In this document: positions 37,886 to 47,992 of the stretch, one piece after another
Numbering within the stretch: the stretch's first letter is position 1
How the letters are laid out: every line of letters begins with the position of its first letter
Assembly (NCBI GenBank): GCA_021787665.1
Contig: JAJYLN010000011.1
Coordinates: 2,197 to 66,196 of the forward strand
Source: a bacterium
GTDB taxonomy: Bacteria; JAMCPX01
DNA length: 64,000 nt
Reading direction: 5' to 3'
Notes under the pieces: generated by a model
The model's database searches: none
Seen by the model: the letters and a program-made list of their open reading frames with translations, nothing else
What the model was told of the DNA's origin: nothing
Translations under genes and position numbers: made by a program

Positions 37886-39868
37886 CTACAGTGCTATGAA
37901 CGCGTCTGCAAGGGGTTTTATGGAGGCGTCCCTCGTCAGTATCAGTACCTGCGTCTCTTTCGAGAACGACTTTAAGATGGTGTAGACGGCCTGCCTGTTT
38001 GCTTCGTCGAGGGCCGCGAACGGCTCGTCCATGACGACGGGCCAGGGCCATTTCTCCACGGCGAGCCCGAGAACGGACATCGCTAGAGAGAACATGCACT
38101 TCTCCCTCTCAGACCCGGACAGCGCTTCAAGAGAGGATTCCGTACCGTTCGACTGTATCAGGGTGATTCCATGGTCGGACGCGGAAACCTCCTGAATGAC
38201 GCCCTTTGTCAATGAGGTAAGGTAGCCGGCTGCCTTTGTTATGGCGAGCGAGACGACGCGGTCCTTGCTGTCGCCGGTCAGATCCGAGATAACGGAGAGG
38301 TTCTGTATGAATACAGGCACCGGCACCGTACTGGAATCTGCCGGGCCCTGTCGTGCCTCCACCTGAGGTCGGGCGACAGGCGCTGCTTCCTGCCACGAGG
38401 GGTCACGGTCTTTCTTGTCCAGCCGCCTCTTCAGCGACTCTATCTCCTGTGTTAGCGAGTACGGGTCCATACCCGAGCCGGACAGCGCCCTAAGCTGCTC
38501 CTGAACGCCTTCTATGTCCGCTTTCGTCTGCTCCGCTTGTTTCTTCAGGGAATCGACGTCGGTTCCGGCAAGGAGGTCCCTGTACTTTTTTCGCACGAAC
38601 TCGAGTCTGGCGAACTCGTCCTTGTACCTCTTCAGACCCTCTTTCAACGCGGAGGGCGACTCCAGGCCCATGGATGCCGTGATGCTCGTTATCACGGACC
38701 CCTCTATCTCGTACTTCTTTCTCTGCTCCTTTATCTGCTTTTCCAGGGACTCCACCGCCGACCGAGTCTTTTTGATCTCGGACCTCTTGCCAGCGTCTTT
38801 CCAGAGTGCGTACCCCATGATGCCGAGCCCCGCGAAGATCCCGGCCGAGAAGTAGACACCCCACTGGCCGAGCAGCAGCGTGATTGCAACAGGGGCCACG
38901 ATGAAGAGCAGGGAGACTGCGCCGCCGGCGATGAACACGGTGTCCTTGTAGAAGGGAGGCACCGCGGTCATGGCGCCGGTGTAATTCGCCTTTTGCCGCT
39001 CTATGCTCTCTATCTCCTTCCTCATCTTCGCCTCGAACTGGACATACTCGTCCACCTTCTTTTCTATGTCCTCCGGCAGCTCGGCGAACTTGCTCAGGTC
39101 CTTCGCCTCTTTCTCCGCCTTCTCTACATCGAGGGCGCACGAGCTTATCGCCTTGAGCTTGCCCTGGATGTCGGTGAGCACCGACTCGAGCTGGTCGAGC
39201 CTGTCCTGCTGGGCCGCAGCGTCCGAGGACGCTTTCAGTTCGTCGTTGAGCTTCGCTATCCGGGACCGGATCTCGTCCTCGTTCATTCCGTCGCCGGGCG
39301 CATCGACACCGGCGGCCAGCGAAGTCGGTTCCATGCCATCGATCGGCCCGGCGCCTTGGCCGAAATAGTCCTCCGTGCCGCTATCCCGTGTGACCGGAAC
39401 CTGATTCTCTCCCTTGTGTCCGTGCTCCCGGACGAACGGATTGAGGAGCGCGTAGGTGTCCACCCGGTACAACGATCTGTACTGCTCCAGCGGCTTGAAG
39501 AGAAGGTCGCGCACGATGAAGTCTCTTATCTCGGCAGGGTCCTTCGAGATCGTGTCGAACTTACTGCCTTCCTGATTATACTTCGATAGCAGGACCGCAT
39601 CGGAAACGACGTCCATGAGCAGCCTGAAGGTGTACGGGCCCTCCTTGAACGTCACCCCGAGCCTGCTGTCTTTCGAGGAGGGGCTCTTCAGGCCGGCCCC
39701 CTGCTCCTTGTCCTGCGCGAGGGAGAAGAGGAAAAAAAGGGCGTCCGAAACGGTCGTCTTGCCTTTCTCGTTCACGCCATAGAAAACATTCAGTCCGTTG
39801 TGGAGTTGAAACTTTACAGGGTCTTTGAACCTCCGAATACCCTGCAGGATCAATTCACTTATGATCAT
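37886..39868 (-). CDS. SMC/Rad50/YhaN-like ABC ATPase with coiled coils and a central TM hairpin
   Basis: Walker A GVNEKGKT, signature LSGSERE, Walker [13 protein letters not shown]; two hydrophobic helices at mid-protein. Confidence 0.8.
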   Translation of the reverse strand: MIISELILQGIRRFKDPVKFQLHNGLNVFYGVNEKGKTTVSDALFFLFSLAQDKEQGAGLKSPSSKDSRLGVTFKEGPYTFRLLMDVVSDAVLLSKYNQEGSKFDTISKDPAEIRDFIVRDLLFKPLEQYRSLYRVDTYALLNPFVREHGHKGENQVPVTRDSGTEDYFGQGAGPIDGMEPTSLAAGVDAPGDGMNEDEIRSRIAKLNDELKASSDAAAQQDRLDQLESVLTDIQGKLKAISSCALDVEKAEKEAKDLSKFAELPEDIEKKVDEYVQFEAKMRKEIESIERQKANYTGAMTAVPPFYKDTVFIAGGAVSLLFIVAPVAITLLLGQWGVYFSAGIFAGLGIMGYALWKDAGKRSEIKKTRSAVESLEKQIKEQRKKYEIEGSVITSITASMGLESPSALKEGLKRYKDEFARLEFVRKKYRDLLAGTDVDSLKKQAEQTKADIEGVQEQLRALSGSGMDPYSLTQEIESLKRRLDKKDRDPSWQEAAPVARPQVEARQGPADSSTVPVPVFIQNLSVISDLTGDSKDRVVSLAITKAAGYLTSLTKGVIQEVSASDHGITLIQSNGTESSLEALSGSEREKCMFSLAMSVLGLAVEKWPWPVVMDEPFAALDEANRQAVYTILKSFSKETQVLILTRDASIKPLADAFIAL

Positions 39869-40281
39869 GCCTGCGGCTTGCTCTCGTCCTGCGGCGCCGG
39901 CGCTGGCTCAGTTCCCGGTACTATGTCCTTCGTCTCCTTGGCCCTCTTCAGCCGGCTCGATTTGGTGCTGAGTCCTCTCAGATAGTACAGCTTCGCTCTC
40001 TTGACCTTGGTCTTCTGCGTCACCTCTATCTTTTCTATCGCTGGGGAATACAGCGGGAATATCCTCTCAACACCGACGCCGTACGATACCTTCCGCACGG
40101 TAAAGTTCGTATTGATGCCCCCGCCGCTGATGCCGGTCACGACACCCTCGAACTGCTGGATCCTGTTCTTATCTCCTTCTTTGTACTTGGTATACACCTT
40201 CACCGTATCTCCCGGCCTGAAGTCGATCTGCTTCTTCCCGGTGCCCATAAGCTCCTTTTCCAAAAAGGTCAGACTATCCAT
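39865..40281 (-). CDS. rplS: 50S ribosomal protein L19
   Basis: [18 protein letters not shown] and [17 protein letters not shown]. Confidence 0.96.
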   Translation of the reverse strand: MDSLTFLEKELMGTGKKQIDFRPGDTVKVYTKYKEGDKNRIQQFEGVVTGISGGGINTNFTVRKVSYGVGVERIFPLYSPAIEKIEVTQKTKVKRAKLYYLRGLSTKSSRLKRAKETKDIVPGTEPAPAPQDESKPQA

Positions 40282-41017
40282 TTTTTCCTCCTGATTTTTT
40301 ATCGCTGCGCGCCGGCACATCCCCGGTGTACGTTCCCGAAGATGCAAGGAGGTCAGGCCTCTTCTGCGAGGTCAGCTCCCATGCTTGTCTGCTGCGCCAT
40401 TCCTGTATGTCTTTATGATTGCCCGACAGCAGTACCTCCGGCACCGCGTGGCCCTCGAAATCTCTTGGTTTCGTGTACTGGGGGTACTCCAGCAGGCCGT
40501 TCTCGTACGACTCATCGATGACCGATTGGCTGTTGCCCACAAAGCCGGGAGCCAGCCTTGCCACGGTCTCGATGAAGACCAGCGCAGCGGGTTCACCGCC
40601 GGAAAGGACATAATCGCCGATCGAGATCTCCTCGTCCGCATAAAACCGGGTGACCCTTTCGTCGATGCCCTCGTACCTGCCGCACACGAGTATGAATTTC
40701 CTGTACGCCGCGCAGGCCTTTGCGGCCTTCTGGTCGAACTTTCTGCCTCTCGGCGAAAAGACGATGACCCGGTAATCGTCCTCGCCGGACTTTGCGTGCC
40801 GAATCGCGGAAACAATGGGCCCGGGCTTCATCACCATGCCCGGCCCGCCGCCGTACGGCGTATCGTCGACCGTCTTATGTTTGTCGTCGGTAAAATCTCT
40901 TATGTCCATAACATCTATCGTCAGATCACTCCTGTCTATGGCATCCTTTATGAGTCCATCCATAAAAGGGGATACGAAATATTTGGGAAAGATACTCAGG
41001 ATCTTGAATGAAAGCAT
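40274..41017 (-). CDS. trmD: tRNA (guanine-N1)-methyltransferase
   Basis: [35 protein letters not shown] and [10 protein letters not shown]. Confidence 0.96.
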   Translation of the reverse strand: MLSFKILSIFPKYFVSPFMDGLIKDAIDRSDLTIDVMDIRDFTDDKHKTVDDTPYGGGPGMVMKPGPIVSAIRHAKSGEDDYRVIVFSPRGRKFDQKAAKACAAYRKFILVCGRYEGIDERVTRFYADEEISIGDYVLSGGEPAALVFIETVARLAPGFVGNSQSVIDESYENGLLEYPQYTKPRDFEGHAVPEVLLSGNHKDIQEWRSRQAWELTSQKRPDLLASSGTYTGDVPARSDKKSGGKNG

Positions 41018-41048
41018 AGCGTGCCGCTGCGATCGACCGTGTCCGCGA

Positions 41049-41294
41049 TTATACGATCTTCTTTGCCTCCAGTTCCAGTAAAGACCTGACCTTCGGAGAG
41101 AGCTGTGCACCCTTGCTTATCCACGCCTTTACCTTTTCAGCATCGAGTCGTATCGTATAGGGCTTTGTCGCCGGGCTGAAATTACCGAGGACCTCGAGTA
41201 CCCTGCCTCCGGCCGTATACCGTGAATCTTCCACGACTATCCTATACTGCTGGACGTGCTTCCTGCCAATTTTTTTGAGCCGTATTGCTACCAT
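41049..41294 (-). CDS. rpsP: 30S ribosomal protein S16
   Basis: MVAIRL..G.K...YRIVV.DSR and WISKGAQ.S; lies between ffh and trmD. Confidence 0.9.
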   Translation of the reverse strand: MVAIRLKKIGRKHVQQYRIVVEDSRYTAGGRVLEVLGNFSPATKPYTIRLDAEKVKAWISKGAQLSPKVRSLLELEAKKIV

Positions 41295-41308
41295 CGTTAC
41301 CTCCGTAC

Positions 41309-42625
41309 TTAGTGTCTGTAGTGCTGTAAGCCTTTTATACCAGTTTTTTTGATAATGTCCATCATCCTCTGAGTTTCGTAGAAACGCTTCATGAGCCTGT
41401 TGACATCCTCAACCCTCGTGCCGCTTCCCTTCGCTATCCTCTGCTTTCTTCTGCCGTTCAGGACGTCCGGGTTGTCCCGCTCCCTGCTGGTCATCGAATT
41501 TATGATGGCCTCAAACTTTTTGAGGTCGTTCCCGACTTCCTCGGACCCGGCTATACCCTTGAGTCTCGAAGCCCCCGGTAGCATACCGACCAGGGATTCG
41601 AGCGGGCCGAGCCTCTTTATCATCCGCAACTGCTTGATGAAGTCCTGAAAGGTGAGTCTGCCCTTTCCGCGCTGGTTCACCTGCTCCAGGTCTGCGCCGG
41701 TAACGGCCTCGGAAACCTTCTCCACGAAACCGGCCATATCCCCGCTGCCGATGACCCTTGCTATGAGCCTCTCCGGATCGAACGGCTCAAGAGCGGTGAT
41801 CGCCTCCCCGGTACCCACGAAGAATACCGGCCTGTTCATCGTCTTTCTGAACGATAGGATCGCCCCGCCCCGGGAATCACCCTCGAACTTCGTGAATACC
41901 GCGCCGTCGTACCCTACCCCGGCCATAAAGCTCTCCGACATTTTCAGCACGTCGTGTCCCATCATCGAGTCTATCACCAGGATGATCGTGGAGGGCCTGA
42001 GCATCTCCTTCACCTGCCTGAGCTCGCCCATGAGCGTCTCGTCTCCGTGGATCCTGCCCGCGGTATCGACGATGATGAAGTCGCAGCCACGGCGCGCCGA
42101 GGAGAGCCTCAGATCCTTCAGTCCCTCGAAGCCCCGGCCGGCGATTTCCTCGTCTACCGAAAAGCCGTTCGCCTTCGCAAGTACCGCGAGCTGCTCTTGT
42201 GCCGCCGGCCTTGCGAAGTCGAGGGACACCAGGTAGGGCTTCAGTCCCCGCTTTTCCTTCAGGTGCCTGGCGAGCTTCACTGCAGTCGTGGTCTTGCCGG
42301 TGCCCTGCAGGCCCACGAGCATGACGACGTCCCCGGTGGCGTCTACTCTTACAGACGCGGCCGGTCCCATGATCTGTATCAACTCCGTCTTGAGTATACC
42401 GAGCAGGTACCGCGATGGATCGATGCTTTTCGAGAGGCCCTCGCCCCGTGCCTTCTGTCTGACATTATCGATGAGCTCCTTTGCCACCCGGTAATGGACG
42501 TCGGCCTCGAGCATTACGATCCGTATCTCCTTGAGCACGGCATCGATATCGCTCTCCGACAGTACACCCCTGCCGGACAGCTTATCAAAGAGTCTTGTAA
42601 TCTTTTCCTGAATGAACTCTAACAT
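41309..42625 (-). CDS. ffh: Signal recognition particle protein Ffh
   Basis: LEADV, GLQGTGKTT, DTAGR, and M-domain AIINSMT..ER and RIAKGSG. Confidence 0.93.
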   Translation of the reverse strand: MLEFIQEKITRLFDKLSGRGVLSESDIDAVLKEIRIVMLEADVHYRVAKELIDNVRQKARGEGLSKSIDPSRYLLGILKTELIQIMGPAASVRVDATGDVVMLVGLQGTGKTTTAVKLARHLKEKRGLKPYLVSLDFARPAAQEQLAVLAKANGFSVDEEIAGRGFEGLKDLRLSSARRGCDFIIVDTAGRIHGDETLMGELRQVKEMLRPSTIILVIDSMMGHDVLKMSESFMAGVGYDGAVFTKFEGDSRGGAILSFRKTMNRPVFFVGTGEAITALEPFDPERLIARVIGSGDMAGFVEKVSEAVTGADLEQVNQRGKGRLTFQDFIKQLRMIKRLGPLESLVGMLPGASRLKGIAGSEEVGNDLKKFEAIINSMTSRERDNPDVLNGRRKQRIAKGSGTRVEDVNRLMKRFYETQRMMDIIKKTGIKGLQHYRH

Positions 42626-42916
42626 CGGGTTTCCGCTTCATGGAAATGTCAGTGTTATTTGAGAAAAGACAGAATGTCAAGGAATGGCGAGCCGCGGCCG
42701 GGTCCCGGCAAGTCATCGCATCGAGAGAAGAAGGGGATAGTGTCAAATGAGGGTTTTCGTCAGTACCTTGTCCTGTTCGGACAGGGCGGATTCTACGGAC
42801 GGATGGTTGTGGGCAATGATGATGCCGACCGCATTCGCGCGGAGTGCCGCTCGTATCGGTTACTTCAATCTACGTTACGGACAGCTTTGGGACAGGGGAT
42901 TTGTTGGTAGATTTCG

Positions 42917-42945
42917 TTGACAAACAGCGGAATATGGCATGTAAT
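42917..42945 (+). promoter_or_regulatory. Sigma70-type promoter upstream of the TPR pseudogene and GH5 gene
   Basis: TTGACA-17 bp-TGTAAT. Confidence 0.5.
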
Positions 42946-43046
42946 GGGATAGACCGGGCAGAGTATTTTGAGACAGGTCGTACTTGGCGTGGCATGCAGG
43001 GTTCCGGGTATTGTTTCTACTGAAAGCATTTTTGAGGGAGGGGAAC

Positions 43047-43951
43047 ATGCATAAAAGATCAAAATGCTCCTTCATGGTGGCAGCGTTATCCGTCAGGAAT
43101 CTGGGCGTGGGCATTGCCATTGCAAATGGACCGGATCGGACTCAGGTGAAGACGGCTTCCGTTATACAATGGTATCCTTCAAACGAAGTGGTGACCTATA
43201 TATATCACGAGACGCTCCCCAGGGCGGATATACTGATGAAGGCATATCGAATATCGTTGCAAGGGGCCAATGCGGCAGCAGCAATAAAAAAATATTCGGC
43301 AGGCCATTGCTCTGTGTAAGGAGTATATAAAAGCTAATCCCCATGATAAAGAAGGCATTGTGCAGGCTTATGGGATCATAGCTTATGGATATTTTAGCAT
43401 GGGCGAGTATCAGACGAACGATGCTATAAAGATGAAAAGCTATGAACAGGGCAGAGATGCCGCACAAAAGGTCATAGACCTTGAACCCGGTATATGGGAT
43501 GGGTGGGCATGGTATGCGAATAACCTTGGACGTATCAGTCAATTGAAGGGCGTTTGGAAATCGTTGATTCCTTGTCGACCCTGTCAAAAAACATATTTTC
43601 AAAGCGGAACAATTATGCCCGAGCAATCCGTTTATTCTTGATGGGCTCGGAATTATGTATAGACAGCTTACCTGGATAGCGAGTGGTAATATGAGTAAGT
43701 CACAAGTATATTTGGAGATGGCTATAAAAACAGACCCGCATTACACGCTTGCAAAATTGGATTTGGCCATCACCCTGCTCGAGGAAGGGAAAAAGGCGCA
43801 GGCGGAAAGCCTTTTGAAAGAGGGCATAAATGCAAAAAAACCTTCCTGGCGCTCGCATTGGCTTATATGGGAGAGACCCAAGGCTGAGGCGCTTTTGAAT
43901 GCTATAGATAAGTACATGCCACGGCTGGATACGTGGCACCAGCTCATGTAA
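43047..43951 (+). pseudogene. Exported TPR-like protein (TatT/RMD-like), split by two +1 frameshifts
   Basis: Removing one T at about 43296 and one A at 43567 joins three ORFs, giving ...KYRQAIALCKEY...WYANNLGRISQLKGVWKSLFLVDPVKK...LGIMYRQLTWIASGN...AIKTDPHY. GGAGG RBS. Confidence 0.7.
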
Positions 43952-44052
43952 GGGCCCTTTCGGTATCGTTCATCTCCTCAAGAGTGCAGGGGCCCACAAA
44001 ACAGATTAAAATGAGGCAGACTTTATGCTATACAAGAGGGGTGGAGGCGCAT

Positions 44053-45465
44053 ATGGTGGGACAAAAGTGCGACGGCGTGCAGTGTACGAATATAGCGGGA
44101 TGGTCTTTGGCAGCAGCGGCTTTCTTTATCATGACGCTTATGGGCTGCAACGTCAGTCATACGATAGCGGTCACCAAGGCGCTGCATACGGACGGACCAT
44201 GGATTAAAGATTCCTACGGACGGGTGGTCATCCTGAGAGGGATCAACGCGGGCGGGGACAGCAAGATCCCGCCGTTCATACCGTTCACGACCGAGACGAG
44301 TGCCGAGCAGATAAAGGGATGGGGCATGAATTTCGTCCGGTATGTGACCGTCTGGGAGGGCATCGAGCCCACGGAGGGCGTCTTCGATAACTCGTACATC
44401 GACGACATGGTGCAGCGCGTAAACTGGCTCACATCGAGGGGGATCTATGTTTTTATAGACATGCATCAGGATCTTTTTGCCAGGGAATTTTGCGGGGACG
44501 GAGCTCCATCGTGGGCTGCAACAGGTGACCCTTCGCAACTTCTTGCGCCTTATCCATGCGGACAGAACTGGTTCATAAATTACCAGTCGCCCCCGGTCAT
44601 GCAATCGTTTACCAGATTCTGGACGGACACGACACTCCAGTCGCAATTCATCGATGCGTTCAAGCTGATCGCCAGGGCATTCAGGAACAACAGGATGGTC
44701 GTTGGCTACGAGCTGTTCAACGAGCCATGGAACGGATCTTTTCCCGTTTCAACCTTTGAAGAGGATTATCTTGCTCCCTTTTACCAAAAGGTCATCGATG
44801 CAATAAGGCCCGAGGATCCTGGTGCCATAATATTTTTTGAGCCGTATGTGCTTTATGGCGATCTTGGGCAGCAGAGTAACTTCCCGAAACTCTACGATTC
44901 AAATATCGTTTATACGCCGCATTATTATGTTCCCGGTGGCTTAACAGGGACAGCAATTACCAACAGTATTGATTATGCGCTGACCCTCGTTCAGCAAAAG
45001 GCACAACAGCTCGGCATACCTGCCGTACTCGGTGAGTTCGGTGGGAATAACGACACCGTGCTTGAGAGCTATTACAATATGCTGGATAAACATTTGATGG
45101 GAGGGACGATCTGGGACTATGCTGTGAAGGATATATGGAACAATGAAGGTGGTAGCATTGTGAACCATGATATGACCGAAAAGCCTTATGTAAGTGCTCT
45201 GATACGGCCCTACCCGATGGCGATAGCGGGCATCCCCACCTTGATAAGCTTCAGTCCGACCACCGACGATTTCAGGCTGGAGTTCAACGAAAACGGCACC
45301 GATGCCCCGACGCTCATCTACGTGCCTCCGCGTGTCTATCCGAACGGAATAGCGGTGCAGAAGAGCGACGGGACCTACGCCACGGACACGGCGTCAGACG
45401 AGATCTATTTTACGACCACGGCGAGCGTTCAAAAGCACTGGATACAAATATCCCCTGCTCCGTAG
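44053..45465 (+). CDS. GH5 glycoside hydrolase, endoglycoceramidase-like, predicted lipoprotein
   Basis: D.YGRVVILRGIN, WEGIEP, IDMHQD, G.GAP.WA, GYELFNEP (acid/base), GEFG (nucleophile) and RPYP.AIAG.P leading into a C-terminal beta-sandwich. Lipobox LMG-C. Confidence 0.85.
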   Translation: MVGQKCDGVQCTNIAGWSLAAAAFFIMTLMGCNVSHTIAVTKALHTDGPWIKDSYGRVVILRGINAGGDSKIPPFIPFTTETSAEQIKGWGMNFVRYVTVWEGIEPTEGVFDNSYIDDMVQRVNWLTSRGIYVFIDMHQDLFAREFCGDGAPSWAATGDPSQLLAPYPCGQNWFINYQSPPVMQSFTRFWTDTTLQSQFIDAFKLIARAFRNNRMVVGYELFNEPWNGSFPVSTFEEDYLAPFYQKVIDAIRPEDPGAIIFFEPYVLYGDLGQQSNFPKLYDSNIVYTPHYYVPGGLTGTAITNSIDYALTLVQQKAQQLGIPAVLGEFGGNNDTVLESYYNMLDKHLMGGTIWDYAVKDIWNNEGGSIVNHDMTEKPYVSALIRPYPMAIAGIPTLISFSPTTDDFRLEFNENGTDAPTLIYVPPRVYPNGIAVQKSDGTYATDTASDEIYFTTTASVQKHWIQISPAP

Positions 45466-45486
45466 TCGGTGCCGCCGGACGGCGCT

Positions 45487-46167
45487 TCAGTGGCCTGTTT
45501 CGGATGCCTGTTTTTTGTTGGGGCCTTCCACCCATTGTTCCATGGCCTTTGCATAGACCATTGCCGATGACATCGATATCGCCGTATTCAGGACGGGCTG
45601 CTGTTCCAGCATGTATTTTACCAAGAATCCGAGCGAGCTTATGTCGGCGTAGGCCCGGTAAAAGCCGATGGTCCTTGCCCCGTTGTCTATGGAAATGAGC
45701 TTCCACGATCCTTCTACCTTATCGAGGTTGCCGGATACCCTTGTCCATGTGACGCTGCTGGGCGGGTCCAGGACCTGCTTCAGGGTGTAGTTCGCATGTT
45801 CCGCGATGATGGAGAATTTGAACAGGATCTTGTACTTCACGAACCAGGTGTTCCCCTGCTTTTTCGTGACCTTGACCTCCGTTGTCTGCGGTATGTGTCC
45901 CACATAGTGATCATAGTCCACGATCGTAGAGAAGACTTTGTTGATAGGTGCGTTGAAGAGCGTTATAACAGTCACAAACTGCGGTTCTCCATGCTCTGCG
46001 TTGTCGATGAAGATGAGCTGACCTTTCTGGAGCAGGCTCTGCAGTATTGAAGGCGATGTGACTGCAAACTGCTCGACTATCGACGAGTTACTCTGTGCCC
46101 GTGCCGTGGCTGCTACCGAAAACAGTACAGCAGCCGCTGCTAACCAGATAACCTCTGCCTTTTTCAT
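45487..46167 (-). CDS. Exported SRPBCC/START-domain (lipid-binding fold) protein
   Basis: Signal peptide ending ARA; AP..KVF..I.DYDHY..IP and W.RVSGNL...EGSW.L. Confidence 0.75.
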   Translation of the reverse strand: MKKAEVIWLAAAAVLFSVAATARAQSNSSIVEQFAVTSPSILQSLLQKGQLIFIDNAEHGEPQFVTVITLFNAPINKVFSTIVDYDHYVGHIPQTTEVKVTKKQGNTWFVKYKILFKFSIIAEHANYTLKQVLDPPSSVTWTRVSGNLDKVEGSWKLISIDNGARTIGFYRAYADISSLGFLVKYMLEQQPVLNTAISMSSAMVYAKAMEQWVEGPNKKQASETGH

Positions 46168-46392
46168 GGACCCCTCCTTACAATATGATGTATTCCTCTG
46201 CCCCGGCAGCCGCCATATGAGGCTGACTGTATCCAGCGTAGCACAGTCAAGAGAAATAGCAACTCCCGCAGGAAACAGAAAGCGGTTGCAATTCTGCGGT
46301 AGGTGGTATACCTTATCCCGGCTTGGTAACGATCATCGTCCGGCCACTGAAGAGGGTCGTGCAAGGGTGGCTCATACATTCGTTCTGATCTT

Positions 46393-46468
46393 GGTGGGTG
46401 TAGCTCAATGGTAGAGCATTGGACTGTGGCTCCAAGGGCTGAGGGTTCGAACCCCTTCACCCACCCCA
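46393..46468 (+). tRNA. tRNA-His (GTG) with G-1 and encoded CCA
   Basis: Acceptor GTGGGTG/CACCCAC, anticodon arm TTGGA-CTGTGGC-TCCAA, T-loop TTCGAAC, 3' end C-CCA. Confidence 0.95.
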
Positions 46469-46536
46469 TTTTTAAGCGTCCAGCCTATTGACAGCTTCAT
46501 CGGCACTCTATATAAACAAAAGAACAAGGAAAGTAG

Positions 46537-47967
46537 ATGTCCAATCTTTATGATGCGGTAATCATAGGTTCCGGATTCGGCGGTTCGATACCGGCCTTGC
46601 GTCTCGCGCAGAACGGCAAGAAAGTGCTTGTACTCGAGCAGGGCTATCGGAACACGGAGAATGACTTCCGACAGTCGTGGGACCCGAAGTATCTCGTCAA
46701 GATGAACCAGGTAATCCCTTCCGATGACTACGCGGTGTTCTACAGGTCCGGTATGACCCTGGGAGGGGGCTCTGTCGTATTCTCCGGGCTCATGAACAGG
46801 GCGCCGTCGGAGGTGTTCCAGTTCGTCGATTTCAGAGGCTACAAGGTATGGCCGGACGCGGTAACCCGGCAGGTGATGGACCCGTACTATGCCATGGTCG
46901 AGCAGATGATGTCTGTGCGTCAGGCGACATGGGACGAGGTACCCAAGACCGGGGGCACGTTCGCCAGGATGATGGACACTATGGGGCTGACCTGCGACCG
47001 GGCGAACTACCCCTATATAAATTGCAGGCAGTGCGGCTTCTGCGAGGCAGGGTGTATTTATGGGGCAAAGCAGTCTCTGATGTTCAACTATATACCGCAG
47101 GCGGAAGGGGCCGGCGTTGAATTCAGGACCGGCTGCATCGCGATGACCATACTGCCGGGTCCGGGGGGGTACAGCGTGCAGTACATGGACCCGCACAGCG
47201 GACAGACGAGTGTACAGGGCACGGTGGTCATCCTCGCTGCCGGGGCCATCGGCTCCGCGGCGATACTCCTCAGGTCGAAGCAGTACCTTTCGCAGCTCTC
47301 TCCCCAGGTCGGCCAGAACTTCAATAACAACGGTGACCTCATCGTAGGCTTTGAGCTCCCGGACGGCTGGCCCCCTTTCTATTCCTATAAAGGGAGAACA
47401 AACGCCGGGGTCATGACCTACGCCTTCTGGGACGAGTACCGCATAACCATTCACACGGGCTCGGTCCCGCCTGCCATATTTTCCGGCCTGAACATCCACA
47501 GGCCGGGCGAGCATGCGTGGGGGCCCGGGTTCAAGCAGTGGACGAAGGAGATTTATTTTTCGAAACTCATCATGTGCGTGGTCATCGGCCTCGTAACCGG
47601 GGAAGGCTACGTCTACCTGAACAACGACTACCCGCTTGTCCACTTCTCTCCGACGACCCCGAGCTTTACGGACTATGTGAACAAGGTCGTTGCCGTGGGC
47701 AGCTCCATTGCAAAGGCAAACAACGCCATGCTGCTCCAGACCAGGACCCATGGATACGAGTACACGGCAAACCACATGCTCGGGACGGTACGGATAGGCG
47801 ACGATCCTGCCCTGTCTCCGGCAGACCCCTATGGCCAGGTCAGGGGATATCCGGGGCTCTTTGTAGCGGACTCCAGTTCCATACCGGGAGGGACCGGGGT
47901 AAATCTCTCGCTTACGACCGCTGCCAATGCAGAGAGGATTGCGGCGTACATAGTCACGACGTGGTAA
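46537..47967 (+). CDS. GMC-family FAD oxidoreductase, cholesterol-oxidase-like
   Basis: IIGSGFGG...VLVLEQG, LGGGSVV, CxxCGxCxxGC..GAK, ILAAGAIGS, NH.LG and GLFVADSS.IPG..GVN.SLT..A.AER. Confidence 0.85.
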   Translation: MSNLYDAVIIGSGFGGSIPALRLAQNGKKVLVLEQGYRNTENDFRQSWDPKYLVKMNQVIPSDDYAVFYRSGMTLGGGSVVFSGLMNRAPSEVFQFVDFRGYKVWPDAVTRQVMDPYYAMVEQMMSVRQATWDEVPKTGGTFARMMDTMGLTCDRANYPYINCRQCGFCEAGCIYGAKQSLMFNYIPQAEGAGVEFRTGCIAMTILPGPGGYSVQYMDPHSGQTSVQGTVVILAAGAIGSAAILLRSKQYLSQLSPQVGQNFNNNGDLIVGFELPDGWPPFYSYKGRTNAGVMTYAFWDEYRITIHTGSVPPAIFSGLNIHRPGEHAWGPGFKQWTKEIYFSKLIMCVVIGLVTGEGYVYLNNDYPLVHFSPTTPSFTDYVNKVVAVGSSIAKANNAMLLQTRTHGYEYTANHMLGTVRIGDDPALSPADPYGQVRGYPGLFVADSSSIPGGTGVNLSLTTAANAERIAAYIVTTW

Positions 47968-47992
47968 TACCGTAGCCGTAGCATGTCCCGGG

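Noticed and set aside
42626-43046. SRP RNA (ffs) next to ffh
   Set aside because: No CAGG-N-GGAA-N-AGCAG domain IV motif was found on either strand.
46440-46540. Integrative element att duplication at tRNA-His
   Set aside because: No repeat of the tRNA 3' end was seen beyond a 9-bp match near 20644, and there is no integrase.
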